In this document: positions 1 to 11,853 of the stretch, piece after piece
Numbering within the stretch: position 1 is the first letter of the stretch
Layout: every line of letters begins with the position of its first letter
Assembly (NCBI RefSeq): GCF_001194135.2
Contig: NC_069000.1
Location: forward strand, 44,074,263-44,115,278
DNA from: Octopus bimaculoides
Taxonomy: Eukaryota
Direction of reading: 5' to 3'
DNA length: 41,016 nt
Notes under the pieces: generated by a model
Told to the model about the DNA's origin: nothing
What the model saw: only the letters and a program-made list of their open reading frames with translations
Database searches by the model: none
Translations under genes and position numbers: made by a program

Positions 1-360
1 TATATCGTTATCCAAAAACTAAACTTGCATCTTCTCATCTTCAAAACAGATTTGTAAAGGAATTTTCAGTGTTTTTTTTTTTTTTGTGTTTTTGACTTCA
101 GAGAACAATCAAATGTTTCAACATCATCCGATATCATCACAGCTAAGGCTTTCAACTAAATAACTGTAGATTTATCTCTGTTAGATATGTTTCAGACATT
201 CTGTATTATGCTGTGTTACTTCAGTCTTTTGAAGTTGATCAAATATGTACCAGTTAAGCATTGGTGCCATTGTAATCAACCAGCCCCCTCCACCAAAATG
301 GTCTGGTTTTATACCTTTAGTAGAAAGAAATCATTATTACTAAAGTGGGGGTAAGGTAGT

Positions 361-571
361 GAAGGCGGCGAGCTGGCAGAATCGGTAGCACGCCGGGCGA
401 GATGCTTTGTGGTATTTTCTCTGTCGTTACGTTCTGAGTTCAAATTCCACCAAGGTTAATTTTTTCATCCTTTTGGGGTTAATAAAATAAGTACCAGTTC
501 AACACTGGGGGTTGATGTAATCAATTACCCCTGCCTCCAAAATTGCTGGCCTTGTGCCAAATTTTGAAAAC
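361..571 (+). mobile_element. tRNA-derived SINE, family A
   Basis: A-box-like tggcagaatcgg, B-box-like gagttcaaatt, body ctttcatcc...aataagtaccag and tail ggccttgtgccaaa; many similar copies in the window. Confidence 0.8.
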
Positions 572-590
572 TAGTCTTTCTTCCCTCCCT

Positions 591-1075
591 AAGGCAGAAT
601 TGTTAGCAGTGGGCAAAATGCTTGGCAGCATTTTGTCCGTCTTTCCATTTTGAGTTCAAATTCTGCTGAAATCAGCTTTACCTTTCATTGTTTCAGAGTC
701 AATAAAATAAGTACCAGTAATGCACTGGAGTCAATGTAATTGACTTACTCCTGCCCCCAAATTTGCTGATCTTGTATTTGATTCCAATATTTCCACTAAC
801 CCTTTACATTCAAGGATCAAATCCCAATGAGGTCGACTTTGCCTTTTATCCCTCCAGGGATGACAATACAACAGTGTACCAGTCAAACACCGGGGTCAGT
901 GATATTGACAAGCCCCCTCCCCTCAGAGGGGCTGTATTAGCCCTGTGTCTAAATTGGAAAAATTATTCTTAAGGCCCTTGGATGGGTAGAATTGTTAACC
1001 CTGTGGTATTCCTTTTGACTCTCTAGATTCTTAGTTCAAATCCTGCCGAGGTCAACTAAGTCTTTTACCCTTCTT
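591..1075 (+). mobile_element. Further head-to-tail SINE family A copies (about three, partly truncated)
   Basis: Repeated gttcaaat...gaggtc(g/a)act...cctttcat/ccttttat blocks at ~655, ~820 and ~1035. Confidence 0.65.
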
Positions 1076-2555
1076 TATCATCACCATCATCAACCACTGG
1101 ACATTACTGTCTCAAGTCTTAGGACTCATAAGACCGATTGCCTAGTTTTTATTGCATATAAGTGACCGAAATCACAACTTTTCCCCTGAACAGAACCTCT
1201 TCTGTCCATCACAAGGTCACTCATTTACAGGTGAGTCAACTGGAACAACACAAAATGAAGAGTTTTGCTCAAGAAACACAACACATCACCTGGTTCTGGA
1301 ATTGAAATCACGATCTTCTTATCGTGAATACAACTTATAACCACTAGGTCATGTACCTTCGGGGGGGGGGGGATAAAATAAAGTATTCTCCCTTCCAAAA
1401 ACTTTCGGCGTTGGGCCTAAATAAGAAATAGTTATTCAATATTTCTTTCCTTTTTTGCATCACATTTCGGTCTGTTGGAACCATTGGCATTTCTCATTTT
1501 CAATTTCTGTCTATTTCTCATTTGATAGTCACCGACGGTTCAAAATAAAATTAATGATAATAAAAAGAAGACCAAAGGAAAAGATGGCTGATAGATGACA
1601 GAACCAGTGGAGCGTTGGACCAAAAACTTCATGGTATTTGTTTTTGTTGGCATCACACTTTGATCTTAGCCAAAGCCGAAAGATCAATAAGTAATATTTG
1701 GTTATATATTGAATTCAAATCACTTCACTTTTAATCTATTCACGATCAATAAAAATAGGTACAACAGTTAAGGTTGGATCAGTTATATACCATAGATCAA
1801 GGATTGGCAGACAACAGTCTGGGGGGGGGGGGCCATATCTGACCAACCTAACTTTATTGAATATATAATGTTATATTCAAGAATTCTTTGTTTTGTTCAT
1901 CTATCTTTGGTGAGTGAACAATAAAATTCAATATTGAAAAATAAGGGAGAAGTCTCGTTTTTGCCATGTCTTGATATAAATCAATGTTTTATATTAATTC
2001 AGGACAAAAAAAAAGTGAAGTTCTTTAATTTGGTAAAACCTGAAAGTTTCCTGAGATAGCTTTTGGTATTATTGAATGATACAAACTTATTATTTTAAAG
2101 CGATCTGAATTAAATCTGCCATCACAACTTGATGTTAATCTAAATTCAAAACAACGGCTTAATATTGACAGTTATTTTATTCAATTCTTTATTAAATTAG
2201 ACATTAATTGAAAAAAAGATGGAGTATTTCAACTGAGAAATGACAATAAAAAGATTAAAGTGATCTAGATTGAAACTCTCCATCATAATTTATATTCCAA
2301 ATACCAGCTTAATAATGACATATTACTAAACACTTCATTATTTTCAAAATATTTTACCAAAAATATGGTAACAAAGGGGTTAAAGTGATCTAAATTTAAA
2401 CCTTCCATCAAAATTTCAATTTGCTTTATATTCCAAACACTAGTTTAATAATAACAAAGTTACTTTACTAAATTCTTTATTTCCAGAATTAATTGGAATT
2501 CTTCATTACTTCCAAAATTAATTGAAACCAAGGCAGTGTATTTCGACACATTGAA

Positions 2556-2675
2556 AAATACCTTAGGAATGAGAACCCAGGTTCGAGATTTCCCCCAAGA
2601 CACCTGATGAAGGCTGGAGGGTATATCAGCCAAAAACAAGATGAGGACAAATATCCGTCAAATGTAAATAATGTG
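2556..2675 (+). mobile_element. Degenerate copy of the same hammerhead-bearing repeat (G12>A and a deletion after stem II)
   Basis: aataccttaggaatgagaaccc...acacctgatgaaggctggagggtatatcagcc-aaaa-acaagatgaggacaaatatccgtcaaatgtaaataatgt. Confidence 0.65.
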
Positions 2676-3216
2676 TTCTGCAGACTTCACAAACTTTCTA
2701 CTCAACTGCACAAGTTGATTTCCAATAATTTACGAGATCAATACACTTGTTCAATTTCTTCATTTTCCTTGTTCTTTTTCATACTCTTGTTTGCTCACAC
2801 TGGTTCAGTATATTGCTATTTCATTGATAATGCTTGCTAAACTTACATAGTTTGTATATGTTGCTATGGGAACATATGCCAGTTCTGGTTGCATCTGATT
2901 GGCCAAAGTTCTTAAGGTTCAGTTCTTGGAAAAAAAAAAAAATATTTTCATAATGAAGATTGCTTTAACGTCCACATTCCATGCTTGCATGGGTCAGACA
3001 GAATTTGTTGAAGCAATTTTGCTACAGTCGGACACCCTTCTTGTCACCAGTCTGGCACTTGTTTTCAAACACAGGTAGTATTCCTTCATGGCCAGACATG
3101 TCTTCATGGAAGACTGGGGACAAACAATATTGCTTGTATGATGGTGATGTTCATTTGGATTAGAAGCGTTTCTTTCTGATGTGATGTCAAGAAAAGGATG
3201 GGGGGGGGGGGAAATC

Positions 3217-3479
3217 AGGTGTCGCTGTGTGGTAAGAAGCTTGCTTCCCAACCACATGATTCCAGGTTCAGTCTCACTGCATGGCACCTTGGGCAAGTGT
3301 CTTCTAATATAGCCTCGGGCCAACCAAAGACTTCTGAGTGGATTTGCTAGACGGAAACTGAAAGAAGCCCATCGTATATATATGTGTGTTTGTCCCCCCA
3401 CCATCACTTGACAACTGATGTTGCTATACTTACGTCTCTGTAACTTAGCAGTTTGGCAAAACAATTGATAGAATAAGTC
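3217..3479 (+). mobile_element. SINE family B, truncated where the inverted hammerhead repeat begins
   Basis: gctgtgtggtaagaagcttgcttcccaaccacatg...gatagaataagtcc, then an abrupt switch to the repeat at 3481. Confidence 0.75.
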
Positions 3480-3480
3480 C

Positions 3481-3672
3481 CAGTGTCCTCACCTTGTTTT
3501 TTATTATCACAACATTTCGGCTGGTGTAATCTCCAGCCTTCCTCAGGTGTTCTGGTGGAATTTCGAGCCCCGCCCTTTGACTTTTGGGGTACACGGTTCT
3601 CATTAGGTATGTTGCTAATGTTATTTTTCTGTTGATATTATTTTTCAAGTCCCTGCTTGGGATTGAACTTAG
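3481..3672 (-). mobile_element. Penelope-like (pseudo-LTR type) repeat, left arm of the inverted pair
   Basis: Reverse-complement match to 3731-3910 and to the copies at ~2556-2675 and ~40852-41016; carries a hammerhead core. Family assignment is an inference from the ribozyme motif. Confidence 0.55.
3506..3551 (-). ncRNA. Minimal type I hammerhead ribozyme-like motif (inverted partner copy)
   Basis: Reverse complement reads AACAC-CUGAGGA-A-GGCUGG(AGAUUACA)CCAGCC-GAAA-UG-UU-GUG. Confidence 0.7.
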
Positions 3673-3730
3673 AATATATATGTCCATATAGCATAATGGA
3701 TAAGAGCACAGGCTACTAAACTTTAGTTTC

Positions 3731-3910
3731 TAAGTTCAATTCCAGGCACGGACTTGAAAAATAACATCAGCAACATACCTTAGGAATGAGAACCGTATAC
3801 CCCAATAGTCAAATAAAGGGTGGGGCTTGAAATTCCACCAGAACACCTGATGAAGGCTGGAGAGTGCACCAGCCGAAATGTTGTGATAATAAACAAGATG
3901 AGCACACCTA
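3731..3910 (+). mobile_element. Penelope-like repeat, right arm of the inverted pair
   Basis: Shared blocks aagttcaat...acttgaaaaataa, cctaatgagaaccg/ccttaggaatgagaaccg, gaaattccaccagaacacctga and gaaatgttgtgataataaa with the left arm. Confidence 0.55.
3842..3887 (+). ncRNA. Minimal type I hammerhead ribozyme-like motif within a Penelope-like repeat
   Basis: AACAC-CUGAUGA-A-GGCUGG(AGAGUGCA)CCAGCC-GAAA-UG-UU-GUG: complete core, 6-bp stem II, 3-bp stem I (CAC/GUG), and a near-palindromic AAUGUU in place of stem III. Confidence 0.72.
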
Positions 3911-4802
3911 TCCGTCCATTGTAAATGATATGCATAATTCCTCATCTCAAAAATATAGAATATTAATTATATATATATATATATAGATATCATCATTGTT
4001 TAACGTCTGCTTTCCATGCTGGCATGGGTCAGACAGTTTGATATGGAGCCAGCCAGCAGAGAGTTGTCGAGACTTCAACTGTCTGCTATGGCATGGTTTC
4101 TATGGATGGGTGCCCTTCCTAATGCCAACCACTTAACAGAGTGAGCTGGGTGCTTTGTAGTTGCATATGCTGTGCTTCCACACAGAGTTTATTTTCCAAA
4201 TTCACTCACAAGGAATTGGATAGCCTGGGTTCTATTAGACAACCCTTGCCCAACATGTCATGCTGTGGAAGTGAGCTTGACAAACCATACGGTTTCAAAG
4301 TGAATTTCATAACGATACAGGTATGCTGGTGGTACCTGTACAATCAGAAATTTATCATCATCACGATCATCAAGCTGGCATGGGTTGGACTGTTTGACCA
4401 GGACTGGTAAGCCGAAGGGCAGCATCAGACTCCAGTGTGATTTGGCATGGTTTCTAGGGTTGGATGCCCTTCCTAACGCCAACCACTCTGAGAGTGTAAC
4501 AGGTGCTTTTACATGTCACCGGCACAAGTGCCAGTTACACGGCACCAGTATCTTCCATGACTACAATTTCACTTGGCTCGATGGGTCTTCTTCTCAAGCA
4601 TGGCCTATTGCCAAAGGTTTCGGTCATTTATCATTGCCTCTGTGAGGCCCAACCCTTGAAAGATGCACATAGATTATGTAGAGGAATAATACAGATCTGA
4701 TGTACAAAAGCAAAATGATCTTAAAACACACAAACGAAGAAGGAAAAAAAAAAAGCAAAGACCATTTTTTTTTTTTACATTTTTTTTTTTGGTGGGAACA
4801 CT

Positions 4803-4808
4803 TTTATT
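4803..4808 (-). promoter_or_regulatory. Candidate polyadenylation signal (AATAAA on the minus strand) of the APP-like gene
   Basis: Plus-strand tttatt reads AATAAA on the minus strand, followed downstream by a U-rich tract (ctttgctttttttttttt). The region is AT-rich, so chance hexamers are common. Confidence 0.3.
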
Positions 4809-5288
4809 AATGGAGCCAAGTACACGAGGTTAAAAAACAGAAAAAAAAAAAGCTAGACCAATCATGTTATTCTGGGTTACAACAACAACAGAATTCTTAT
4901 AAAAAAAATTTAACAAAAAAGGAAAAACATATATATATATACATACATATATATATATGTATACATATATACATGTATACATATATATATATGTATACAT
5001 ATATATGTATATGTACGTATACATATGTATATATAATGAAAATTCACACTAAGCTTCATATTTTTTTTAATTCATTATACCTTTGTGTATTATATTTATT
5101 TTTTTTACTCCTTTATTTTCAAGTTCATATTATTTATTAATTTTATTGTTATAATTATTATTTTTTTTTAATTATTTTTTTTTACTAAATAGTTTTTGAA
5201 ATCAGTTCTGCTTGGTTCTTGAATATTAATAATGATGTATTATATAAGAATAATAATGATAATAATAATAATGATGATGATGACGATG

Positions 5289-5325
<37 letters not shown>

Positions 5326-5802
5326 TTTCTTTTATTATAATAATAATAATAATAACAACCATCATCATCATTGATGTCATCGAAAAATAAAAAACAATAA
5401 GTTTTAATAAATAATAAACAACATTGTTGTCATTCAAAAGCAAATTATATATCTATATACACACACACATACGTGTATATATATATATATATATGCATGT
5501 GTGTGTGAGAGTGTATATATGTACATATAAAATAAAAAAAAAAAAAAGAATTTCTAACAAAAAAGGCCCCAAGGCCTCGATATTTTTTTGTTTGTTTTTT
5601 TTTGTGTGGGGGAGGAAGGAGTTAGTCAAATGAATTGACCCCAGTACTTGACTGGTACTTTATTTCATCGACCCCCTGATAGGATGAAAGGCAAAGTTGA
5701 CCTCGGCGGGATTTGAACTCAGAACATGAGATGTAACTTAAAATAGCACAAGGTATTTTTTTTGTCTGGTGCTCTATCTATTCTGCTAGCCACTGCCTTT
5801 TG

Positions 5803-5836
<34 letters not shown>

Positions 5837-6489
5837 CAATGATGATGATGATGATGATGATGATGATAANNNNNNNNNNNNNNNNNNNNNNNNNNNNNNN
5901 NNNNNNNNNNNNNNNNNNNNNNNNNNNNNNNNNNNNNNNNNNNNNNNNNNNNNNNNNNNNNNNNNNNNNNNNNNNNNNNNNNNNNNNNNNNNNNNNNNNN
6001 NNNNNNNNNNNNNNNNNNNNNNNNNNNNNNNNNNNNNNNNNNNNNNNNNNNNNNNNNNNNNNNNNNNNNNNNNNNNNNNNNNNNNNNNNNNNNNNNNNNN
6101 NNNNNNNNNNNNNNNNNNNNNNNNNNNNNNNNNNNNNNNNNNNNNNNNNNNNNNNNNNNNNNNNNNNNNNNNNNNNNNNNNNNNNNNNNNNNNNNNNNNN
6201 NNNNNNNNNNNNNNNNNNNNNNNNNNNNNNNNNNNNNNNNNNNNNNNNNNNNNNNNNNNNNNNNNNNNNNNNNNNNNNNNNNNNNNNNNNNNNNNNNNNN
6301 NNNNNNNNNNNNNNNNNNNNNNNNNNNNNNNNNNNNNNNNNNNNNNNNNGAGAAAAGTTTTTTTTAATTGGGGAGCAGGGTAGGGGTACGGGGTGAATGG
6401 GAATTTGAAGTAAAGCTGATAAGAATTAAGGTAGAAGTAACTGGAATGTATATACTATATGTATAATATGGTGTACATATGTAATATAT

Positions 6490-6532
<43 letters not shown>

Positions 6533-6540
6533 TATTTTGG

Positions 6541-6572
<32 letters not shown>

Positions 6573-6936
6573 GCATACATATTATACATACATGTTTACA
6601 GAGAAAGAATAAAAGTCTGGTAGGCAAGAAGGGGGAGAGGGGTAGAGATGAAGAAAGAGATAGAAAGAGATAGAGCTGCTGTATCACCATAGCAACAGAA
6701 CAGCTAGCTGCCAACCTTCAAAGCATGACCATTGCCCAGAGATGTGGTGGTGGTGGTGATGGTGAGTTATAAGACCGGGAGGAAGGGCAGGAGTGATCGA
6801 TATACATGCATGTGTATGTATACGGCGGGTTGGGGGGTGGGGAAGTATGCAGTCAAAACTTTACATCAAGGCAGTGAATAAAGAGAGAGAGAGAATGCTT
6901 CATTGATAAATCTTGAGTGGATGGGTACTGTTGTAT

Positions 6937-7306
6937 GCACCATGTGATAAAAACTATTATACAGCAGTGATATCCTTATGATGTAATCACACTTTGCACC
7001 ATCAGATATTGTTAGAAACATGTGATATATGCCATATGATACGATTACAGGGCTGCGGTACACCCAGACCAATATCAACGGAGGGGGGCACTGTGCATCT
7101 ACCCAGTATCATTACATGGTGGTATCATGCACCCTGGGACATTACTGCAGCAGCACAGCCGTACACACCTGATGATATCATTGCAAGGTGATAGCATACA
7201 CCCTTTGAAATCCTTACAAATTGCAGCAGCAATACGTAATATCCTACAATATCATTATTGAGTGGTGATATACACCATGTAATAAAAACACCGACATATA
7301 CACAGG
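6937..7306. repeat. Highly degenerate ~35-nt tandem array
   Basis: RCACC-like unit starts at 6961, 6996, 7031, 7060, 7095, 7129, 7163, 7198, 7234 and 7272. Confidence 0.55.
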
Positions 7307-8116
7307 AGTACTGCTTGTATTATAAACACAAGCCATGCCTGTATGTATGTGTGTGTGTGTATATACATATACTCTGTAATACTGTTCACTCAAACTGAAG
7401 CACAACACGCACCAAACTCCAAACTCAAGGTTTGAAAAATAAGAGTGTGTGTGTGTGTGTGTATGTACGGAGATGATATATCTTAGCCGGAGAGCTGCAT
7501 AAACTTTCTTTAATAAAACATCACAAAGCTACTATAGCACATAGACAAAGCAAACTTGTCTAAAACTCAGCAATATATACACACATATATATATATATAT
7601 ATATGCTGGCTATGTAAGAGTAAGTAACTTTAAAGGAGCTTGCATTATTTTTTAAAATTTTCCTCTAGGCACTTTGCATCANNNNNNNNNNNNNNNNNNN
7701 NNNNNNNNNNNNNNNNNNNNNNNNNNNNNNNNNNNNNNNNNNNNNNNNNNNNNNNNNNNNNNNNNNNNNNNNNNNNNNNNNNNNNNNNNNNNNNNNNNNN
7801 NNNNNNNNNNNNNNNNNNNNNNNNNNNNNNNNNNNNNNNNNNNNNNNNNNNNNNNNNNNNNNNNNNNNNNNNNNNNNNNNNNNNNNNNNNNNNNNNNNNN
7901 NNNNNNNNNNNNNNNNNNNNNNNNNNNNNNNNNNNNNNNNNNNNNNNNNNNNNNNNNNNNNNNNNNNNNNNNNNNNNNNNNNNNNNNNNNNNNNNNNNNN
8001 NNNNNNNNNNNNNNNNNNNNNNNNNNNNNNNNNNNNNNNNNNNNNNNNNNNNNNNNNNNNNNNNNNNNNNNNNNNNNNNNNNNNNNNNNNNNNNNNNNNN
8101 NNNNNNNNNNNNNNNN

Positions 8117-8177
<61 letters not shown>

Positions 8178-8452
8178 ATATATATACATGTATATATGTG
8201 TGTGTGCATATATATATGTATATATACGCATATGCACACACACACACACATATATATATATATACACACACACACACATACACACGCACACATATATATA
8301 TATATATATAAACCTTAAGATGACATAGCCATTGATGTATTTAACTAGTTACAGGGCCCAGTAAAGTGGGGGAGGAGAGCAAGTGTGTGAGAGGAGGGGG
8401 TGGTTTGTCTACTACTTCCAGTGTTGAGCCTGCTTCACTGTGTCTGTGTATG

Positions 8453-8495
<43 letters not shown>

Positions 8496-8932
8496 GTTGC
8501 ATTTATATGTACATATATTCATTAATGCATGTGCATACATACAGACAGACAGACCACTGCATGGCTAAATCTAAGAGAGCAGGTGGGGAACACTGTAGCC
8601 ACAAAAAAATATTTGACCATTAGCATGTCAGAGGTGGGAGCAGAGCCAAGATTAGGGCATATGTGTGTGTGTGTGTGTGTTTAGTGAGGGGACATCTACA
8701 TAGAAGTTATGGCGGTAGTGGTGGTGGTGGCGGTGGCGGTTGCTTAAACAATAAAGAAAATATAAAAAGAAATATGAAAAAAATATGAAAAAAAAACAAA
8801 CGAAAATACAGAAGACAGTAGTCAGTTTAAATCCCCCTCCTCCCCACATCTCCTTCTGCTCCACTCTCCAGACAGCACAGCAAGGGTGGGAGATTATTTG
8901 GTGGTCAGATAGCGGTGGGAAAAGAATAAGGG

Positions 8933-8965
<33 letters not shown>

Positions 8966-11853
8966 GGTCAAATAGTTAAGCCTCTTTTTTAGCCAAAGAG
9001 TGAGAAATGGAAACAGATGAACAATGTCACTAACCTTTGATTTTGCATCTGAGATTTCAAACATTTAAAGTAATAAAAATTATAAAAATTATAAAAAAAA
9101 AAGTTTGAAATAAGAGTTTCTAACTTTAGGCACAAGGCCAGCAATTGTTGTCTGGTGTATGTGTGTGTGAGGGGGGAAGCATCAAATCAATGACACTAAC
9201 CCCGCGTCGGTGGGGACTGGTGGGTTTAGGGGTGGGGCTTGACTGACATTACCTATTTTTACCGAAACCTTACCCTACATCATGGAAAGGACGAAAGGAG
9301 AAGTCAGTATAGGCAGGGATTTCAATTCAGATTATTAAGAGCTGGAACAAATGATGTCAGGAATTTTTGCTTGACACTTCACAATTCTGCCAGTCCATCG
9401 ACCGTTTCTACAGTTTGAACTAATTTCAATTGCCAGGAGCACTAAACGGACTTAAAATTAACATCAATACACACACACACACACACACATGTACACACAG
9501 GCTCTGTGCATGTAGCAGAAATAATGACAGCGATAACAACTGCAATAAACAACACTGAATAAGATATTGATTAATTAATGAGCTAACTTCGTTATTATTA
9601 TTATTATTATTTATTTGTCTATGCATTACACTACAATGCTTACAAATACTCTCAGCTTGTAATAAATATGTAATTCGGTGGGGTTGAACGTTCGGTGGGT
9701 CGTAATTAGAAACACTGTGTTGTTCAGGTGTTTCGATTTGTCTTGTTTTTGATTAAAATGTTCCTTTGTCTCCTTAATACAGAATATACACACATACACA
9801 TAAATGTGTATATATACATACATATATACACACATATATTTATATAAGAAATATGTATGTATGTTCATGTATAGATGTACAGATAGATGTGAGAGAATAT
9901 CTAACTGGCAAGATATTAGCTAAAATTAAAAAAAAAAAAAGAATTGGATATGCTACACACACATTTGTAAAGCAAATGCGAAGTATACTGAGTCAGAGGT
10001 GACCTCCTACAATGGGCAACAGCCAGCTGATGGCTCGGTTGCTTTTGAACAGGTCTCCCAGGCAAAGCAACTCAAGTGGTTGCGGAATAACTAAACGGAT
10101 CTACATACATAGAGGGATCATATAGATGTGAGTGTATATATCTAATAACCTAGCCAGATGAATAGAAGAGTATATATATATATATATATTTGTGTGTATG
10201 TGTGTGTATAAGACATCAGATAAATGCAATTCTACACCTGAAAAATATAAAGATAATGTGCACCACACACACATTCATGCATACTATACACATATACACT
10301 TTCTTCTGTGTGTGTGAATATATGTAAGGGTAAAAACTGTAGATTCATGAAATTGAAGCTTTTAATAAAAACCATTTCTAATACAGGCACAAGGCCAGAG
10401 ATATTGGTAGAGAAGGTGGGTGGTCAGGCAATTACATTGACTGCAATTTTTCACTGGGACTTTGTCTTATGAACCCCCCAGAGGGGGACGAAAGGCAAAG
10501 TAGACCCTGGTGGGATTTGAAACTCAGATCACAAAGAGCCAGAATGAATAACACAAGGTATTTTATCTGACAGTTTAAAGATTCTGTCAGTCCCTCCCCC
10601 CCCCNNNNNNNNNNNNNNNNNNNNNNNNNNNNNNNNNNNNNNNNNNNNNNNNNNNNNNNNNNNNNNNNNNNNNNNNNNNNNNNNNNNNNNNNNNNNNNNN
10701 NNNNNNNNNNNCCCCCCCCCGCCCACCCCAAATATAAATAATAATAATCATCATCATAATAATCATCATCATCGTTAACTAATTAGGTAATTATTAAATG
10801 GCTTGTTTTCAATTTTAATTAGTAATTCGTTATTAGAGACTGATAATAAAATACTGAAAAAAAAAAACAGGGAGGTGCATAAGGGTGGGTAAGTCACAGG
10901 GGTGATAGTAGTGGTAGTGGGGTTGGGGAGATTGAATGACAACAATGGTGGTGGTGGTGGTGGTGGTGGTAGCAACAGTGGTAATGGAGGAGTCGACAAC
11001 GGTGACAGTGGTGATAGCAAACACACACACACACCCACCCACCTACTAACCAATTCCTTCGCACTTGCTGAATACCAAGGGAGCCCCGCCCCACTCCTGC
11101 CCTTCAACCTTGTCCCCCAGCTGCACTAGATCCACTCCTCGTGCACCTTTCAAAGGGAGCCATATGTAACACAACACTAACAGTATGATAGTAGTAGTAG
11201 TAGTTATAATAATAATAATGATAGTAATATTTCTAATGTTGGCACAAGGCCAGCAATTTTGAAGCAGAGAAAGGAAAAGGGATGGAGGGGCATCGATTGA
11301 AATTGACCCTTGTATATGACTGGTATTTTCACTTTATTGACCCCCAAGAGGAGTGAAAAGTCGACCTCGGTGGGATTTGAACTCAGAATGTAAAGGGAGG
11401 TAATTCAGCAACACAACAAGACATCTTTGCGAGTTTTACCAAGATTCTGCAATGCTACTGCCGTTGTCCATAGCAACGGTGATTTGTCCTTTAGCAGATG
11501 TAGGTTCGTTTGTGTTTGTTTGTTGTTGTTTTGTAGTAGGAATTAGCTGGGAAGGGAAAGAAAGAGTCAACCCCGCTTAACCAAACCACCAACCAACCCA
11601 CCTCACACTGCAGACACCAGGTCCTGCCACCCTCATAATTCCCACTAACAAAAAAAATACAAACCCCACCCCCACCGACAAACTTGAACACCACTTCTCT
11701 ACCCTCCTGTTTGGCTGGGGTTTTTTTTTAAGGGGTAGGTAGGGAAGAAGGGGAAGGTCCATGTTTTATCACACCCCTTAGTCTCCATCCATGCCACTCC
11801 ACCCCTGCCACACACCCCGAGGTCAAATTCATTTCCTGTACCACCCCCACATC

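Noticed and set aside
361-445. tRNA gene call for the A/B-box-containing heads
   Set aside because: No cloverleaf is evident, and the heads continue into multicopy SINE bodies.
10595-10720. Poly-C/poly-G runs beside gaps as G-quadruplex elements (also 17442 and 22512)
   Set aside because: They abut N-gaps and are likely read-end or assembly artefacts; true length is unknown.
11491-11560. Acceptor-like ttcccttcccag followed by a short ORF as a possible last APP exon
   Set aside because: Neither of the two frames I translated resembles the APP cytoplasmic tail (no NPTY).
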